DNA of 63,999 nt, counting the filler, from Stramenopiles sp. TOSAG23-3 (taxonomy: Eukaryota): assembly GCA_900128585.1 (NCBI GenBank). It is 5 parts of 5 records of this genome, joined end to end, with 100 filler letters (N's around TTAATTAATTAA, not from the genome) between each part and the next. Parts side by side here need not be neighbours in the genome. Positions count along the whole stretch, not along the records: positions 62,176 to 63,999 come from LT645347.1; 4 more parts are not named here. One strand, 5' to 3'. The notes under the pieces are model-generated. The model made no database searches, had not been told where the DNA came from, and saw nothing but the letters and a program-made list of their open reading frames with translations. Of this stretch, positions 62,178 through 63,999 are shown one piece after another. Position 1 is the stretch's first letter, and the number at the start of each line of letters is the position of its first letter. The position numbers and the translations under genes are program-made.

Positions 62178-62324
62178 ATGCCGCCACCGAATGGTCAACA
62201 GCAATACCAACCTCCAACTATGCCAGGGATGACTGCACCAACAGCGTACAACAAACAAGTTTTTGAAGTTTCTCCAGATGCAGAGGAGAGAGCCAAAAAC
62301 AGTTGGGCTCCGACCCGTAATTAA
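62178..62324 (+). CDS. C-terminal fragment of a gene cut by the contig edge
   Basis: The frame reads MPPPNGQQQYQPPTMPGMTAPTAYNKQVFEVSPDAEERAKNSWAPTRN*, followed by AT-rich spacer. Confidence 0.5.
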   Translation: MPPPNGQQQYQPPTMPGMTAPTAYNKQVFEVSPDAEERAKNSWAPTRN

Positions 62325-63133
62325 TAAGAACAACAAACACAGTGTACTGAAAAATACCACTTTTTAAGACTGAAAAAATTTAACGTCTCAATTTGATAAA
62401 AAAAATTCTGTTTTTAAGTGCATTTACTATTTCTATATTATTTATTTGAGAAATTGTGTCATGTCCATTCGTGATGCTATTTCTAAATAATTATTTGATA
62501 AAATAGAACACACATTCATGTTTATAGCACAAACCCTCAAAACCGTCTATTGTTTGAATGCCTTCCATAGCATAGCCATAACCACCGCGGCCATATTCCC
62601 TCAGTTCTCAGTGTTTAATTCTCTGGCATGAAGAAGTTTAATTACTTAAATAATAGCCGATTTTTTGTTAAGATTAATTCTCTGAAGATCTCAATATTTT
62701 ATAAGGGGTGGTGTACATTTTAAGCCTTGGGGGGTTTACGAGCAAAGATTTTTTGTTCCTTTTGTTCATGTTGTTGTGATTGCATGCTTGCTTCTTTTTT
62801 TCTTTCTTGTTTATTTTTTTGATGCTCCTCTGCTGTTCTGTTGTTATTATTATTATTATAATAATAATTTATTTAATATTATTAATTATAATACTTCTAA
62901 TAGTATAGAGACGACCCCGACGAAAAAAAATAATATTATTATATAATATAATAATAATAATATATTATTTATTATTTGAAGATTTCAATTTTGATACAGA
63001 AAGTATGGGGTAATTATTAAAAAGTAGTTAATTACTTTTCAGTTGAAATTGTTAGAGCAACGGTAGGCAATCCTAGTCAACTAAATTAGAATATTAAACG
63101 AATAAAATCCCTTTGTTGAATTGTTCGTGCAAC

Positions 63134-63999
63134 ATGCAGTTCTTGCGCCGAAGCGGTTTGACGTTGGCCTTTCGTTCGACGGCGCTCTCTACTGTCCGGC
63201 ACCGTGGTGCTAGTGCGAGCGTGCGGTACGCGTTCGGGGATCGTTTCCCAGTGGTATCCGGTATTCGCCCGTCGCAGATTGTGTCAACATTTTCTACAGA
63301 TGCAAAAGCAGATACGGAAGAGTATTTAAACGAACTTGGGAGCAAGGAAGAAGAAAACTACGATGATTTTGCATTGCCCAAGTCATCGGAAGAATTGTAC
63401 TGTAAGGAACCCGAAGAAAAAACTGGCGTAGCCAAATGGCTTCCTATATTGGCAACACAAGGGCCAAAGGTGGCTCTTGTAGTTGGTGGCTCAGTCCTTT
63501 TGACGAAGTCGTTTCTGTATGTCACTACAAACCTTCTGAACATTACCTTGACCGATGCTGTATGGTTCGGCGTGTTCAGCGGGTGTGGTATGACAACGCT
63601 GGTCGCTGGAAGTGCCCTGGCCTATTACCGAACTTTTGAGAGCGTGAGGCCTGAACCGGTCTACAATAAGGCCATGGAACTTATCAAGAAAGACAATGCC
63701 GTTGTTTCTGCCTTGGGCCCGTTTACTTTGTCGTCCCTTGCGTCGGGGCTTTTTAGGGCATACAAGCTTGACGGGGGAGATTGGGGCCTGGGACCTGGGG
63801 CGCGAGGCTTTAGTGTCCCAACAGGAATGGGCCCGGACAAAAAGCTTGTGTATAGATGGCCCAGGATTCAAATGAATTTCCAACTGTATGGAACGAAGCA
63901 CCAAGGAATGTGCACGGTTGAAGCAATTAACAAGAAGGGGTCTATAAAGCTGAATTTGGTAGCCGTCGACGTCTTGACAGATGACAATATATCGGAACC
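63134..63999 (+). CDS. Putative mitochondrial inner-membrane protein, Tim21/Coa1-like; 3' partial (absent from the ORF track)
   Basis: Hand translation: R/S/A-rich presequence MQFLRRSGLTLAFRSTALS, two hydrophobic segments, then RPEPVYNKAMELIKKDNAVVSALG..QMNFQLYGTKHQGMCTVEA..LNLVAVDV. No stop before the window end. Confidence 0.7.
   Translation, partial: MQFLRRSGLTLAFRSTALSTVRHRGASASVRYAFGDRFPVVSGIRPSQIVSTFSTDAKADTEEYLNELGSKEEENYDDFALPKSSEELYCKEPEEKTGVAKWLPILATQGPKVALVVGGSVLLTKSFLYVTTNLLNITLTDAVWFGVFSGCGMTTLVAGSALAYYRTFESVRPEPVYNKAMELIKKDNAVVSALGPFTLSSLASGLFRAYKLDGGDWGLGPGARGFSVPTGMGPDKKLVYRWPRIQMNFQLYGTKHQGMCTVEAINKKGSIKLNLVAVDVLTDDNISE

Noticed and set aside
1..63999. Alternative genetic code, selenoprotein readthrough, tRNA/rRNA/snRNA genes, autonomous transposase
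   Set aside because: Conserved genes end normally at TAA, TAG or TGA with no in-frame stops. No such RNA or transposase motifs were recognised by eye; a covariance-model scan was not run.

Overview
Eukaryotic nuclear DNA, probably from a flagellated protist. The best guess is a stramenopile: it has an outer-dynein-arm docking subunit, an EF-hand NCKX, TM+LRR and IPT/Cys-rich giant proteins, and uses the standard genetic code. The window is not one locus. It is five contig pieces joined by artificial 100-nt linkers (N44-TTAATTAATTAA-N44) at 15489, 31036, 46578 and 62076. The three complete contigs are 15447, 15442 and 15398 bp, so they appear size-sorted. About 24 mostly intronless genes sit between very AT-rich, microsatellite-rich spacers. 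Recognisable products: XK-related protein, CobW/ZNG1-ankyrin fusion, IQ/WW protein, CCDC151 (frameshifted in a G11 run), PLPBP/YggS, family-6 UDG-like glycosylase, SETD9-like, TM+LRR, NT5DC-like nucleotidase, CNBD K+ channel (partial), Rab8, ALKBH6, NCKX, a >4500-aa IPT/TIG + Cys-rich multi-TM protein, a GT-A-like protein, and a Tim21/Coa1-like protein. The most interesting non-coding signals are: (i) a MITE-like family with 22-bp terminal inverted repeats, found just downstream of four gene 3' ends, two copies of which abut orphan coding-like fragments; (ii) a second 22-bp inverted-repeat module; (iii) a perfect 28-bp, pre-miRNA-sized hairpin. I saw no rRNA, tRNA, CRISPR array or autonomous transposase. 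I cannot claim a complete new multi-gene system from this window.
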